The position numbers were made by a program, and so were the translations under genes. Below are positions 10,765-20,985 of a DNA stretch of 64,000 nt, one piece after another (the stretch's first letter is position 1; every line of letters starts with the position of its first letter). Source of the stretch: Candidatus Latescibacterota bacterium (GTDB lineage Bacteria; Latescibacterota; UBA2968; GCA-2709665); NCBI GenBank assembly GCA_963667175.2, contig CAXXXF010000016.1, positions 434,256 to 498,255 of the forward strand, given 5' to 3'. The notes beneath the pieces were generated by a model that did no database searches, was not told where the DNA came from, and saw only the letters and a program-made list of their open reading frames with translations.

Positions 10765-11958
10765 GTGAACGTCACCGAAGGGAGTTGCATCTGCCCCGAA
10801 GGGTTCCGCGCCTCGGGTATCGCGTGCGGCCTGAAGCCGGAAGGCAGGGATATGGCCCTCATCGCGTCAGACAGACCGGCGGCGGCGGCGGGCGTGTTCA
10901 CGACAAACCGGGTTCAGGCGGCCCCGATCCAGGTCAACCGGGAACACCTGACCGACAAAACGGCGCAGGCCATCGTCGTCAACAGCAAGAACGCCAATGC
11001 CTGCACGGGCGAGCGGGGGTTGGCCGATGCCCGGCTGACGGCGCGCGAGGTGGCGCGTGAGCTCGCCGTCGCGCCCGAAGACGTGCTGGTCAATTCGACG
11101 GGGGTGATCGGCGTGCCGCTTCCCATGGAGAACATCCGGGCGGGCATCCCTGCGGCCGTCCGCGGCCTTCGCGAGAATGGTTGGGCGGACGCCGCTCTCG
11201 CGATCATGACCACCGATACGGCGCCGAAGCAGGCGTCCGCGGAAATCCGGCTCGACGGGCGCGCCGTTGCCATCTCCGGAATCGCGAAGGGCGCCGGAAT
11301 GATCGCGCCCGATATGGCCACAATGCTTGGCTTCGTCGTCACGGACGCCGCTGTGCCTCCGGGACGCCTGGAGACGTGTCTCCGCGTGGCTGCAGACCGG
11401 TCTTTCAACTGCATAACGGTGGACGGCGACACAAGCACGAACGACACGGTGATCCTGATGGCCAACGGCGCCGCATGCGGACGCCCGATATCCGGCGGCG
11501 ACGTCGAGACCTTTCAGGCCGGACTGAACGCCGTCTGCGGCAGCCTGGCCAGGCAGATCGCACGCGACGGCGAGGGCGCCACCAAGCTCATCACCATCCG
11601 GGTCGCCGGCGCCCCAACGAGTCAGGATGCCCGAAAAATCGGCCTGGCCGTCGGCAATTCCAACCTGGTCAAGACCGCCGTCTTCGGCAGAGACCCGAAC
11701 TGGGGCCGGATCCTGTGCGCGGTCGGGTACGCCGGCGTTCCGGTCGAACCCGGCAGGATCTCCGTGTCGATGGCCGGCATCCCCATCTACGGCGAAGGAG
11801 GCGGGCTTCCTTTCGATGCCGGGGAGGCCATTCGCGCATTGTCGGCGGCTGACGTGGAAATCGAAATCGACCTCGGCCAGGGTGACGAAACCGCCACCGT
11901 CTACACCTGCGACCTTACATACGACTACGTCAGGATCAACGCCGAATACACGACCTGA
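10765..11958 (+). CDS. argJ: Ornithine/glutamate N-acetyltransferase
   Basis: NANACTG, STGVIG, IMTTDT, KGAGMIAPDMATML autocleavage motif, DGEGATK, DPNWGRI, INAEYTT end. Confidence 0.96.
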   Translation: MNVTEGSCICPEGFRASGIACGLKPEGRDMALIASDRPAAAAGVFTTNRVQAAPIQVNREHLTDKTAQAIVVNSKNANACTGERGLADARLTAREVARELAVAPEDVLVNSTGVIGVPLPMENIRAGIPAAVRGLRENGWADAALAIMTTDTAPKQASAEIRLDGRAVAISGIAKGAGMIAPDMATMLGFVVTDAAVPPGRLETCLRVAADRSFNCITVDGDTSTNDTVILMANGAACGRPISGGDVETFQAGLNAVCGSLARQIARDGEGATKLITIRVAGAPTSQDARKIGLAVGNSNLVKTAVFGRDPNWGRILCAVGYAGVPVEPGRISVSMAGIPIYGEGGGLPFDAGEAIRALSAADVEIEIDLGQGDETATVYTCDLTYDYVRINAEYTT

Positions 11959-12059
11959 CGGGGCGCGGGTCTGGTGATTGAACTGGACCGCGGATCGGCT
12001 CCAACGCACGTGGAATGCGGTTCCCTCAATCCCACACGCCCCGTAGTCGATTCAAACCT

Positions 12060-13253
12060 ATGGATAAGACGGACTCACCGTTCGCCAGACGCGTTCTCGA
12101 TATCGATGAATCGCTTACCGTCGCCACGTTTGCCCGAATGGGTGAATTGAAGCGCAGGGACATGGATGTCATCGCCCTGGTCGCGGGCGAGCCCGACTTC
12201 GACACACCTCGGAACATCAAGGACGCGGGTATTCGGGCCATCGTCGACGGGCGTACCAAATATACGGCCCCCGCATCGGGTCTTCCCGAACTCAAACGAG
12301 CAATCGCGAGTAAACTCGAGAGAGAAAACAATCTGGACTACGACCCGTCGGAGATTGTTGTCACCTGCGGGGCCAAGCAGGTTATCTTCGACGCGGTTGT
12401 GGCGATGATCAACCCCGGCGACGAGGCCATCATTCCCGCTCCTTTCTGGGTCAGCTACGCTGACCAGGTCAGACTGATGGGCGGGCGGCCGGTCATTCTG
12501 AAGACAACCGAGGCCACGGGTTTCAGGCTTACCCCCGGGATGCTTGCGGACGCCATCACGGCGCGGTCCAAGTTCGTGCTCCTGAACAGTCCGTGCAATC
12601 CAACCGGCGAAGTGTACACGCCCGATGAACTGGGCGCCCTCGCCGACGTCATCGTGAATGCCGGCATCTACGCGATCTCGGACGAGATCTATGAAAAAAT
12701 CGTCTATAACGGCGCCGAGCACGTCTCGATCGCCGCCATTCATCCTGAGATCAAGCGAAGAACGCTGCTTGTCAATGGTTTCTCCAAAGCCTACGCGATG
12801 ACCGGCTGGCGGGTGGGCTACGGCGCCGGTCCGCCCGACCTGATGAAACTGATCGCCAAAGTACAGAGCCAGGAAACCACCAACACGTGCACGATTTCCC
12901 AGTACGCGGCCATCGAGGCGCTTAACGGGCCTCAGGATAGTGTGGACGCCATGCGAGCCGCATACCAGGAGCGCCGGAATCTGATCGTCGGCCTTTTGAA
13001 CGGCCTGCCGGGGGTCTCGTGCCTCCTTCCGGGCGGCGCCTTCTACGCCTTTCCGAACGTGTCCGCCCTGTACGGCGAACGGATCAGGAACGACGTCCAA
13101 CTCGCCGATTACCTCCTTGAAACAGCCGGGACGGGCTGCGTACCGGGCAGTGGCTTCGGTTCCGGCGACCACCTGCGCTTTTCCTATGCCGCGTCTTTAG
13201 CGGATATTCGGGAGGCCATGGACCGAATCGAAACCGCCATCAGGCGGATCTAG
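12060..13253 (+). CDS. Aspartate aminotransferase-like PLP enzyme
   Basis: [42 protein letters not shown]; start chosen at ATG 12060 (12015 also possible). Confidence 0.9.
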   Translation: MDKTDSPFARRVLDIDESLTVATFARMGELKRRDMDVIALVAGEPDFDTPRNIKDAGIRAIVDGRTKYTAPASGLPELKRAIASKLERENNLDYDPSEIVVTCGAKQVIFDAVVAMINPGDEAIIPAPFWVSYADQVRLMGGRPVILKTTEATGFRLTPGMLADAITARSKFVLLNSPCNPTGEVYTPDELGALADVIVNAGIYAISDEIYEKIVYNGAEHVSIAAIHPEIKRRTLLVNGFSKAYAMTGWRVGYGAGPPDLMKLIAKVQSQETTNTCTISQYAAIEALNGPQDSVDAMRAAYQERRNLIVGLLNGLPGVSCLLPGGAFYAFPNVSALYGERIRNDVQLADYLLETAGTGCVPGSGFGSGDHLRFSYAASLADIREAMDRIETAIRRI

Positions 13254-13281
13254 CAGTCCGTATCCCGTCGAAAAGGACATC

Positions 13282-14253
13282 ATGACCATGACGGACAAGA
13301 AGAGAATCTATCTGGATTTCGAGCGCCCCATTGCCGAACTGGATGAGAAGATCGAGGACCTGAAGAACCGCGCCGAGACCGAAGAGCTCGACATGACTGC
13401 CGAGTTGACCACTCTGGAAAAACGGCTGCAGAAACTGGAAAAGGAAGTCTACTCGGACATGAGCCGGTGGCAGATATACCAGGTGGCGGGGCACCCCCAG
13501 CGCCCCCATACGCTGGATTTCATACGATTGATGCTCACCGATTTTACGGAGCTTCGCGGCGACCGGACCTTCAAAGACGATCCCGCTCTTGTGAGCGGCT
13601 TCGCCCGGCTGGAAGGACAACCCCTCCTGGTCCTTGGAACGCAGAAAGGACGCAATACAAAGGAAAATATCCTCAGGAACTTTGGCATGGCCCACCCCGA
13701 AGGATATCGAAAGGCGCTTCGCGTCATGAAACTCGCCGCCAAATTCAAACGCCCCGTCCTGTGTCTGATCGATACGCCCGGCGCCTACCCGGGCATCGGA
13801 TCAGAGGAACGGAGCGTTTCGGAAGCCATCGCCAGGAATCTCTTCGAGATTTCCAGGCTTCCGGTTCCAATCATCGTCGTCATCATCGGCGAGGGCGCAA
13901 GCGGCGGCGCGCTGGGAATCGGGGTCGGCGACAGAATCCTGATGCTGGAAAACGCGTGGTACTCCGTGATCAACCCTCAGTCCTGTTCTCTCATTCTCTG
14001 GCGGAATCGCGACAAGAGAGAAGAAGCGGCCGAAGCACTGAAGATCACCGCGCCCGACCTGGTTCCCCTCGGAATCGTCGACAGAATCGTACCCGAGCCA
14101 TTCGGCGGGGCGCACAGAGACGCCGTTACGGCGGCCGGGAACCTGAAGCGGATTCTGCTGGACGAACTTCAGCATCTCCAGGGCATGCGCCCCGACGAAC
14201 TCGTGCGCGAGCGGGTGGACAAGTTCGGTCGCATGGGGGTCTGGGATGAATGA
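13282..14253 (+). CDS. accA: Acetyl-CoA carboxylase carboxyltransferase alpha subunit
   Basis: [42 protein letters not shown]. Confidence 0.96.
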   Translation: MTMTDKKRIYLDFERPIAELDEKIEDLKNRAETEELDMTAELTTLEKRLQKLEKEVYSDMSRWQIYQVAGHPQRPHTLDFIRLMLTDFTELRGDRTFKDDPALVSGFARLEGQPLLVLGTQKGRNTKENILRNFGMAHPEGYRKALRVMKLAAKFKRPVLCLIDTPGAYPGIGSEERSVSEAIARNLFEISRLPVPIIVVIIGEGASGGALGIGVGDRILMLENAWYSVINPQSCSLILWRNRDKREEAAEALKITAPDLVPLGIVDRIVPEPFGGAHRDAVTAAGNLKRILLDELQHLQGMRPDELVRERVDKFGRMGVWDE

Positions 14254-14314
14254 CCCGCACCTGCGGCGGTCCCACCGGATCCATGTCGTCTCCATGCAAC
14301 GAAATTAGCAAAAA

Positions 14315-14342
14315 ATGGGCCAGTGATTGCCCGTTTTTTTTT
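14315..14342 (+). terminator. Intrinsic terminator after accA (possibly bidirectional)
   Basis: ATGGGC-cagtgatt-GCCCGT stem followed by a T run and preceded by an A run. Confidence 0.7.
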
Positions 14343-14555
14343 ACGCTTGACGCCTTTCAGCGCCGGGACATTTCTAACTTGCTGTTTACGTGAGACGTTT
14401 CTAAAGTTGAGCGAATTTCTGGACCATTTTTCGGGAAGAATGGCCCGAGGATACCTTCCGCACTGCGAAAAAAAAGTCAGTACGTCCAGCCAGTTGTGTT
14501 TCAATATCTTATGCGAACGTCACAAACTCGGTCTCTCATTTTCTCAAATTACCCC

Positions 14556-14584
14556 TTGACGGAAAGGGGCTCGGATTATATATT
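14556..14584 (+). promoter_or_regulatory. Sigma70-type promoter with no downstream CDS
   Basis: TTGACG (14556-14561), 17-nt spacer, TATATT (14579-14584). Confidence 0.6.
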
Positions 14585-14590
14585 CTCAAT

Positions 14591-15034
14591 CGTTCTTGCG
14601 AAGAGACCGTCTTCTCATAAGACGTTGCCTTGGAACAAGTTACATTGCAGAATCCGTGTGTTTTTTCCGGCAGACGCTCCTGGGAAATCGCGACCGGATT
14701 TCAGACGCAACCGGGGGTTTTCTGCGGTTTGTTTTGATGTTGGGCCCGGACCGACAGGATCAAGACAGACGGTCCCGGGAGTTGGACATCGCAGAAGCCT
14801 CGTCTTCCAGGCAGGTATTGCTATAATGGGCGGTATGGCCGTTACCGTAATTCGCTTCGGCACCTGATCCAGCCCGGGGGAAGTTGAAAGCATCGGCTCT
14901 TTGGTTGGCGGCAGTCTTATTGGGGGAGATAATACTGCCAGCTAGACCGATCACGCAGAACTGCTGCTTTTCTTCCTATGCATCGTGACTCTGTGCCGAA
15001 CCCGCGTTCCAGTACGTCCAGCCGCCCATTTTTT
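14591..15034 (+). ncRNA. Candidate large structured ncRNA (3' half rod-like, 6S-like architecture possible)
   Basis: Nested complementary segments found by eye, e.g. AATGGGCGG/CCGCCCATT, TTCGGCAC/GTGCCGAA, GGCAGT/ACTGCC, TGCCTTGGAA/TTCCAGGCA; G-U pairs favour the + strand; upstream promoter; ends in a T run. Confidence 0.5.
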
Positions 15035-15039
15035 CGCCG

Positions 15040-17403
15040 TCAGCGCCCTTCCAGCCATCCCCGTGCGTCTATCCCCTCCTCGTCGATCCGGATTTCCACC
15101 GCACCCATCATATCGGTCCGATAGACCGAGGTCCCCATTGTCTCAAAACGCCGAATGACCTCGGGAGAGGGATGGCGAAATTTGTTCCTGATTCCGCACG
15201 AGACCGCTGCAAGCTCCGGACGCACGCCGTTCAGAAAAGCGGCGGTGGACGAGGTGCGGGATCCGTGGTGGGCCACCTTCAACACCTGGGCGTGAAGTCG
15301 GTCGCCCCACCGCAACAGATCCGAATCGGTCTCATGTTCGACGTCGCCCGTTAAAAGGACGGCGGATCCACCGTACGTCAGCCGGATGACGACGGAACCG
15401 TTGTTGAGTCCCATCGGGGCCGGTCCTTTTTTCGAAACATAATCCGGTGTGGGGTGCAGAACAAGGGCGTCCACGCCGCCCAGTCCGGCGAGCCGGTCGC
15501 CCGCCTCGACTGCGGCATAACGGATATCCTTCTCCCGGATCAGCGTCCGGATCCGCCGCGCCGTCCAGGAGTCGTAATGTTGTCCGGCATCCAGGTACCA
15601 TCCGACCTCTATCCTCTCCAGTAGCGTCACGAACCCGCCGATGTGATCGCTGTGCGGGTGGGATGCCACCACCACGTCGATGCGGCTGATTCCTTCCGCC
15701 TTCAGAAACGGGATCAGCACCCGTTCTCCCATATCGACGTTCACCGCGCGCAGACCGCCGTCAACCAGCATGGTCCTCCCGTTCGGAAACCTCAGAAAGA
15801 TCCCGTCGCCCTGCCCCACGTCCAGTACCAGCAACCGCAGGCCGGCGCCTCGCGGCCAGAGGTCCGACCAGACCCAGAGATTCGCCAGAGACAGCGCGAC
15901 GATCACAATCCGGCGGCCCCAACGCTGCGACCTGGCTTCGGGATGGATGAGAAGGACCGCGCAGAGATACAACCCCACGGTCGTCCAACCGGGTCGCGGT
16001 ATTTCCACGGCGGCCCATGCCGGTCCGGCGAACCATCCTGCCGTCTGGATAGCACCCGTCAGGACAAGCCAGTTTGCGCCGTTCAACAACGCAGCGACCG
16101 GCGGCGAAGCGTGAAAGACAATCACGCCGAGCAGCCCCAGCGCGACGGCAGCCGCCATTAAGGGCACCACGACGAGGTTGGCGAGAACCGAGACAACCGA
16201 GAGAAACCCGAAATAGGTCAGCACGAAAGGCAGCGTGCCCACCTGCGCGGCCACCGATACGGCCAGCGGCGACCATACCCAGTGCGTGAGACCGCCCGTG
16301 CCGCCTCCCGGGAGCCAGGCCCGGATTGGTCGATAGAGCAGCAGGATTCCTCCAGTGGCGGAAAAAGAGAGTTGGAATCCCACGTCGAACAGATCCTGGG
16401 GCCTGAAGACCAGAATCACAAGAGCCGCCAGACCGAGTGAATTCAATCCTTCCCCCTGCGTGTTTCCCAGGCGACCCCAGATGGTAATCGCGCACATCAT
16501 AGAGGCTCTCACCACCGAAGGCGGCAACCCCGTAACCAGCGCGTAGAGCGAAACCCCGCAGACGGTTGCCCATGCCGTGGTTCTCCTGCCGCATCCGAGC
16601 GCGCCGAGGCCGAAAAACAAGACCGCGGCAATCAGACCTACGTGCAGGCCCGAAACGGCCAGGACGTGGTTGACGCCGGCCCGCGTAAACGCGGTTCGAA
16701 CGCCGTCGGGCACCCCGCGTTTCTCTCCCAGCAATACCCCGTTCAGCAGGCCCGCCGGCCCTCCCGAGAGGTTGTTCGCCACGCCGCGGCGCACGCCACG
16801 GCGCACGGGCAGCACCACGTACGTCCACAGCCAGCCCCCCCTGCCCGCACGGGTGTCCAGGACCTGTTCCGCCCTGAACACCGACCCCATAACGTGGATT
16901 CCCTTCCGTTTCAGAAAGGCGCGGTAATCGAACGCGCCCGGATTTCTGGCCGGGTGCGGCCGCCGCAGGTTGAGCCGCGTCACCAGACGGTCTCCGTAAT
17001 CCACCTGCGGCCGGAACTTCCAAAACCGTACAAGAACCGCTCCCTGAATCGAAAACACGGTATCACGTACGGTCACGCTCTCCGCGGCGAGCCGAAGTCG
17101 CAGCCCGTCTTCAATCCATTCAGGTTCTTCAGCGACGCGCCCATGGAGCACCACCGGATGGTCCCGACCCGCAAACCGTGCGACGTGGTCATCGGGCAAC
17201 CCCTGTGTAACGCATTCATACCTCAAGGCCCCCAGAGCGACAAAGAGGGCCACCGGCCACACGGAACGCCTCCAACGGATCAGGGACACGATCCAGAACG
17301 CGAGACCACCGGCCCATAGCATCCATACCGGCAGCTCCCACGGATGAGCCAGGAGCACGCCCGCGGCGAAAGACGCCGCGGACAACAACGCCGGACGATG
17401 CAT
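15040..17403 (-). CDS. comEC: DNA internalization competence protein ComEC/Rec2
   Basis: RNPGAFDY, HVLAVSGLHVG, DVGFQLSF, metallo-beta-lactamase domain DVGQGD, SHPHSDHIGG, KVAHHGS; start at MHRP after GGAGGGA. Confidence 0.95.
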   Translation of the reverse strand: MHRPALLSAASFAAGVLLAHPWELPVWMLWAGGLAFWIVSLIRWRRSVWPVALFVALGALRYECVTQGLPDDHVARFAGRDHPVVLHGRVAEEPEWIEDGLRLRLAAESVTVRDTVFSIQGAVLVRFWKFRPQVDYGDRLVTRLNLRRPHPARNPGAFDYRAFLKRKGIHVMGSVFRAEQVLDTRAGRGGWLWTYVVLPVRRGVRRGVANNLSGGPAGLLNGVLLGEKRGVPDGVRTAFTRAGVNHVLAVSGLHVGLIAAVLFFGLGALGCGRRTTAWATVCGVSLYALVTGLPPSVVRASMMCAITIWGRLGNTQGEGLNSLGLAALVILVFRPQDLFDVGFQLSFSATGGILLLYRPIRAWLPGGGTGGLTHWVWSPLAVSVAAQVGTLPFVLTYFGFLSVVSVLANLVVVPLMAAAVALGLLGVIVFHASPPVAALLNGANWLVLTGAIQTAGWFAGPAWAAVEIPRPGWTTVGLYLCAVLLIHPEARSQRWGRRIVIVALSLANLWVWSDLWPRGAGLRLLVLDVGQGDGIFLRFPNGRTMLVDGGLRAVNVDMGERVLIPFLKAEGISRIDVVVASHPHSDHIGGFVTLLERIEVGWYLDAGQHYDSWTARRIRTLIREKDIRYAAVEAGDRLAGLGGVDALVLHPTPDYVSKKGPAPMGLNNGSVVIRLTYGGSAVLLTGDVEHETDSDLLRWGDRLHAQVLKVAHHGSRTSSTAAFLNGVRPELAAVSCGIRNKFRHPSPEVIRRFETMGTSVYRTDMMGAVEIRIDEEGIDARGWLEGR

Positions 17404-17584
17404 CACCGCTCCCTCCGTTTGGCCCCGGGTTCGCGACACAATGCGGCAAATTTCGTGCCGCTCCGAATAACGGCGGATTTTCCGGGTTTCCCGTTGTTGT
17501 CTGGAACGATCCTTTCAATCGATGTCTCGAAACGTTCACCCGCGTGTTATGACTCCGGCCACTCGACGCCGCCGGAACAATCCA

Positions 17585-17613
17585 TTGACATTACCCGGTG
17601 GAGATGCTATATT
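17585..17613 (+). promoter_or_regulatory. Sigma70-type promoter upstream of truA
   Basis: TTGACA (17585-17590), 17-nt spacer, extended -10 TGcTATATT. Confidence 0.75.
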
Positions 17614-17683
17614 TCGGGGAAAATCCGTCGGTCAACAGTCTTCATTGGCGGCGTCCCTGACTTTTCATGCCGATCCAGCTGGA

Positions 17684-18430
17684 ATGCGACGGAATATTCG
17701 GCTTCGACTGGAATACGACGGAACAGATTTCAAGGGCTGGCAGATTCAGCCCGACCAGCGCACAGTCCAGGGAACACTCGAGTCCTGCCTGGAATCTCTA
17801 ATGGGACACCACGTCCGCGCCGTCGGGGCCGGGCGCACGGATGCAGGCGTCCACGCGCTTGAGCAGGTGGCCAATTTTACCACGTCCAACCCCCTGCCAT
17901 TGCATCGCGTCGAGGCCGCCTTGAACGGAATGTTGCCGGCAGACGTGGTTGTCCTCGACGCAGATGAGGTTCCGCACGCGTTTCATGCACGACGTAGCGC
18001 AAGGCGCCGGAGTTACCTGTATCGCATCGCGTACCGACGCCGGGCAATCGGCCGCGGACAGGCGTGGCACCTGCGAAGCAGGCTGAATATCGACGCGATG
18101 CAGTCCGCGGCGGCACGCACGCTGGGCTGTCATGATTTCACGTCGTTCTGCGTGGCTGCGGCTGAGAAGGAGAACCGGACCTGCCGCGTCTTCGAGTGCC
18201 TGCTGGCCAGCATCGGCGACGCGGTCCACGTGGAGATTTCGGCCGACAGGTTTCTCAGGTCGATGGTGCGCGGCATTGTCGGTACTCTGGTGCAGGTGGG
18301 AAGAGGCACACGGGCGCCCGACGCGATGGACACCATTCTGAAGGCGCGAGACAGGCGCCAGGCGGGGCCCAACGCCCCGCCCCAGGGCCTTTTCTTAAAA
18401 AAAGTGACTTACGACGACCCGGAAGAATAG
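17684..18430 (+). CDS. truA: tRNA pseudouridine(38-40) synthase
   Basis: LEYDGTDFKGWQ, GAGRTDAGVHA, FHAR, HDFTSF, FLRSMVR, APPQGL. Confidence 0.96.
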   Translation: MRRNIRLRLEYDGTDFKGWQIQPDQRTVQGTLESCLESLMGHHVRAVGAGRTDAGVHALEQVANFTTSNPLPLHRVEAALNGMLPADVVVLDADEVPHAFHARRSARRRSYLYRIAYRRRAIGRGQAWHLRSRLNIDAMQSAAARTLGCHDFTSFCVAAAEKENRTCRVFECLLASIGDAVHVEISADRFLRSMVRGIVGTLVQVGRGTRAPDAMDTILKARDRRQAGPNAPPQGLFLKKVTYDDPEE

Positions 18431-18433
18431 CGC

Positions 18434-19579
18434 GTGCGGCAACCGGTGCGGATCGTTCTCAAAAGCGTCGTTGCGGGATTGATACTGGTACTTTGCGCCG
18501 ATGGTCAATCGGAAGGGGCGTCTCCGGCTGCCGCCGCGGGCCCTGAAATCGACGCCTCACGTAAAAACGCCATCGTGCGGGCCGTCGAGAGGGTGGCGCC
18601 CACGGTCGTCGGGGTAACCACGGTTTCCTTCGAACCCGTCGACGTCCGGGTTGCGCACCCGTTTTGGGATCTTTTCTGGTATCCGGGAACCGTCCGGAAA
18701 GAACGTCCGGGGATCGGATCCGGCGTGGTTATCCGGTCCGACGGGTACATCCTGACCAATCACCACGTCGTCAAGGGCGCGCGGGAAATCACGGTCACGT
18801 TTTCGGACGGTCGGAGCCTGAAGGTTCGGGACACCCGCAAAGACGTGATGGTCGACCCCGGCGCTGATCTGGCGGTCATACGGGTTAACGCGACGAATCT
18901 CCCGGTTCCGGAACTGGGAGATTCCGAAGACGTGATTATCGGCGAGTGGGCGATCGCCATCGGCAAGCCCTTCGGGCTGCTGATCGAAGAACCCGAACCC
19001 ACCGTGACCGTCGGCGTCGTAAGCGCCGTAAACCGGAACCTGTCGCTGCGGCAGGATGAGGGCGGCCATTCCTATTCGAATATGATCCAGACCGATGCGT
19101 CAATCAATCCGGGCAACAGCGGCGGGCCCCTGGTCAACGGCGTCGGTCAGGTCATCGGCATCAACACCTTTATCTTTACCAAGAGCGGGGGTTCCCTCGG
19201 CATCGGTTTCGCGCTCCCCATCAACCGGGCAAGAAAAATAGCCGAACGTCTGATCGCAGGGGGTGTGCAGGAATTCTGGACCGGTTTCGAGGTGCATCCG
19301 AACCTGACGCCAGGGCTGGCGAACGCTTTGGGGTTATACACGCATCGGGGCGCGCTGATCACGCGCGTGGCGGACCGCAGTCCGGCGTCTCGCGCAAGGC
19401 TGAATCCGGGCGACCTGATCATCTCCGTGAACGGCCGCGCCGTCCGAAACGCCGACGACGTGGACAGGATCATCGAAGACGCACGCGTCGGGGACGTCCT
19501 TTCACTGAGCATTCTGCGAGGCAGGCTGCGCTTAGCGACCCGTCTCCGGCCGGAACGGGCCCCTGCCGCTCAACAGTAG
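18434..19579 (+). CDS. HtrA/DegP-family serine protease with one PDZ domain
   Basis: GSGV, LTNHHVV, DLAV, IQTDASINPGNSGGPL, C-terminal PDZ; N-terminal signal/TM. Confidence 0.93.
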   Translation: MRQPVRIVLKSVVAGLILVLCADGQSEGASPAAAAGPEIDASRKNAIVRAVERVAPTVVGVTTVSFEPVDVRVAHPFWDLFWYPGTVRKERPGIGSGVVIRSDGYILTNHHVVKGAREITVTFSDGRSLKVRDTRKDVMVDPGADLAVIRVNATNLPVPELGDSEDVIIGEWAIAIGKPFGLLIEEPEPTVTVGVVSAVNRNLSLRQDEGGHSYSNMIQTDASINPGNSGGPLVNGVGQVIGINTFIFTKSGGSLGIGFALPINRARKIAERLIAGGVQEFWTGFEVHPNLTPGLANALGLYTHRGALITRVADRSPASRARLNPGDLIISVNGRAVRNADDVDRIIEDARVGDVLSLSILRGRLRLATRLRPERAPAAQQ

Positions 19580-19624
19580 GTAAACCGGCAACGGGGTAGC
19601 ACTGTATTTCGGAGCCATGACGCC

Positions 19625-20341
19625 ATGAGAAAAAGGGCCGCAGTCCCGAGCATGGTTACACTCTGCAATCTCTGCTGTGGATTCCTTGCGATCGCGTACG
19701 CCATGGACGGGAAACTGGTCCCGGCGGCGTGGTTAATCGTTATCGCGGGCTTTCTCGATGCCTTCGACGGCAAGCTCGCCCGACTGATGGACTCGCCCAG
19801 CAACTTCGGGGTTCAGTTCGACTCCCTGGCCGACGTCTGTTCGTTCGGCGTGGCGCCCGCGGTCCTGATGTTCCAGTACCTGCAGGGTTTGCTGGATGCC
19901 GTGTGGTTGCCGTTCGCGGCCTGTTTTCTGTTCCTGCTGTGCGGCGCGTTGCGCCTGGCGAGGTTCAACGTTCAGGTCAAAGGCGACGAAAAGGAGGACT
20001 TTGTCGGCCTTCCGATTCCATCGGCCGCCGGAACGATGGCCGCTTATATCGTCTTTGCCGAGCGGGTCTGGCAGAGTACCCGGGAACCCCATGTCGCCCT
20101 TCTCCTTTGCATGGTTCTGGGCCTTCTTATGGTCAGTCCGTTCGGATATCCCGCCTTTCCCCGGTTCAGCATCGAAGCGCGGAGGGACCGCTGGAGGCTG
20201 GGAATCGCCCTTGCCGCGTTTATCCCCGTCGCGGTATTTCCGGACGAAGCGTTTTTTCCGATCGCGTTTGCGTTTTCGATCTCGGGCGCCGTGCGGTGGG
20301 TGTCGCATCTGATTATACATAGAGAAGTCGCGGATATGTGA
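19625..20341 (+). CDS. pssA: CDP-diacylglycerol--serine O-phosphatidyltransferase
   Basis: CDP-alcohol phosphotransferase motif DAFDGKLAR...FGVQFDSLADVCSFGVAP, RLARFN, FVGLP. Confidence 0.9.
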   Translation: MRKRAAVPSMVTLCNLCCGFLAIAYAMDGKLVPAAWLIVIAGFLDAFDGKLARLMDSPSNFGVQFDSLADVCSFGVAPAVLMFQYLQGLLDAVWLPFAACFLFLLCGALRLARFNVQVKGDEKEDFVGLPIPSAAGTMAAYIVFAERVWQSTREPHVALLLCMVLGLLMVSPFGYPAFPRFSIEARRDRWRLGIALAAFIPVAVFPDEAFFPIAFAFSISGAVRWVSHLIIHREVADM

Positions 20342-20373
20342 ATCGTCCTGAAACGAGAGTGGAGCGGAAATCG

Positions 20374-20655
20374 ATGAAGAACAAGAGCATCGGACTCCTG
20401 GTTGTGGCAATCTTCCTGGGTATTCTGGCAAGCCAGGTCTTCGGCGCGGTCCTGAACGTGATCTTCGGCAGCCTCGGCCTGCAAGACAACATGGTCTCCA
20501 GGGTACTTGTGGATCCCCTGGTCGCCTACGAATTCTACCCGATGCGCCTCAATCTGCTCGTGATGACGCTCACCCTGGGGTTTTCGCTCAATTTCAACGT
20601 ACTCAGCCTGATCGGCATCGGAACCGCGTACTATTACGTGAAGTACTCCTACTGA
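20374..20655 (+). CDS. Small membrane protein (DUF4321-like)
   Basis: ATG after GGAG; N-terminal TM and C-terminal LNLLVMTLTLGFSLNFNVLSLIGI pattern; operon position. Confidence 0.65.
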   Translation: MKNKSIGLLVVAIFLGILASQVFGAVLNVIFGSLGLQDNMVSRVLVDPLVAYEFYPMRLNLLVMTLTLGFSLNFNVLSLIGIGTAYYYVKYSY

Positions 20656-20749
20656 GTGACGGCCGCGCCACTGCGCGACGGCTGCCGCCGGCGTCCCCGG
20701 CGCCGCTTCGGATCGAATACGGCCGTTTTTCATAGATACGAGGTGATTC

Positions 20750-20974
20750 ATGCTGGGTGGAATCGGAACATGGGAAATCCTCCTGATCTTCCTGGTCATC
20801 CTCCTGCTGTTCGGGGCCAAACGCATTCCCGATATCGCCAAGAGCGTGGGCAAAGGAGTTACGGAATTCAAGAAAGGCCTTCGGGACATCCAGGACGAAA
20901 TAGAGACCGGAGGCGACCCCCCTTCCCGGTCCGGCGACAAAACACCGGATACGGAAAAAACCGCCAAACCCTAG
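20750..20974 (+). CDS. tatA: Twin-arginine translocase TatA
   Basis: [40 protein letters not shown]; GAGG RBS. Confidence 0.95.
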   Translation: MLGGIGTWEILLIFLVILLLFGAKRIPDIAKSVGKGVTEFKKGLRDIQDEIETGGDPPSRSGDKTPDTEKTAKP

Positions 20975-20985
20975 GGGGAGGTAAG

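Noticed and set aside
14323-14954. Short ORFs in the accA-comEC spacer
   Set aside because: No clear RBS or motifs; the sequence is better explained as promoter plus structured RNA
14591-15034. tmRNA, RNase P RNA or tRNA identity for the structured region
   Set aside because: No GGGG...CCA tRNA-like ends, no GAGGAAAGUCC motif and no cloverleaf seen on either strand
20656-20985. N-terminal extension of gatA (and similar extensions of ORFs starting 7819, 17522, 24478, 41616, 47331, 49463)
   Set aside because: Extensions overlap other genes, promoters or repeats; downstream starts with RBS or family-typical N-termini fit better
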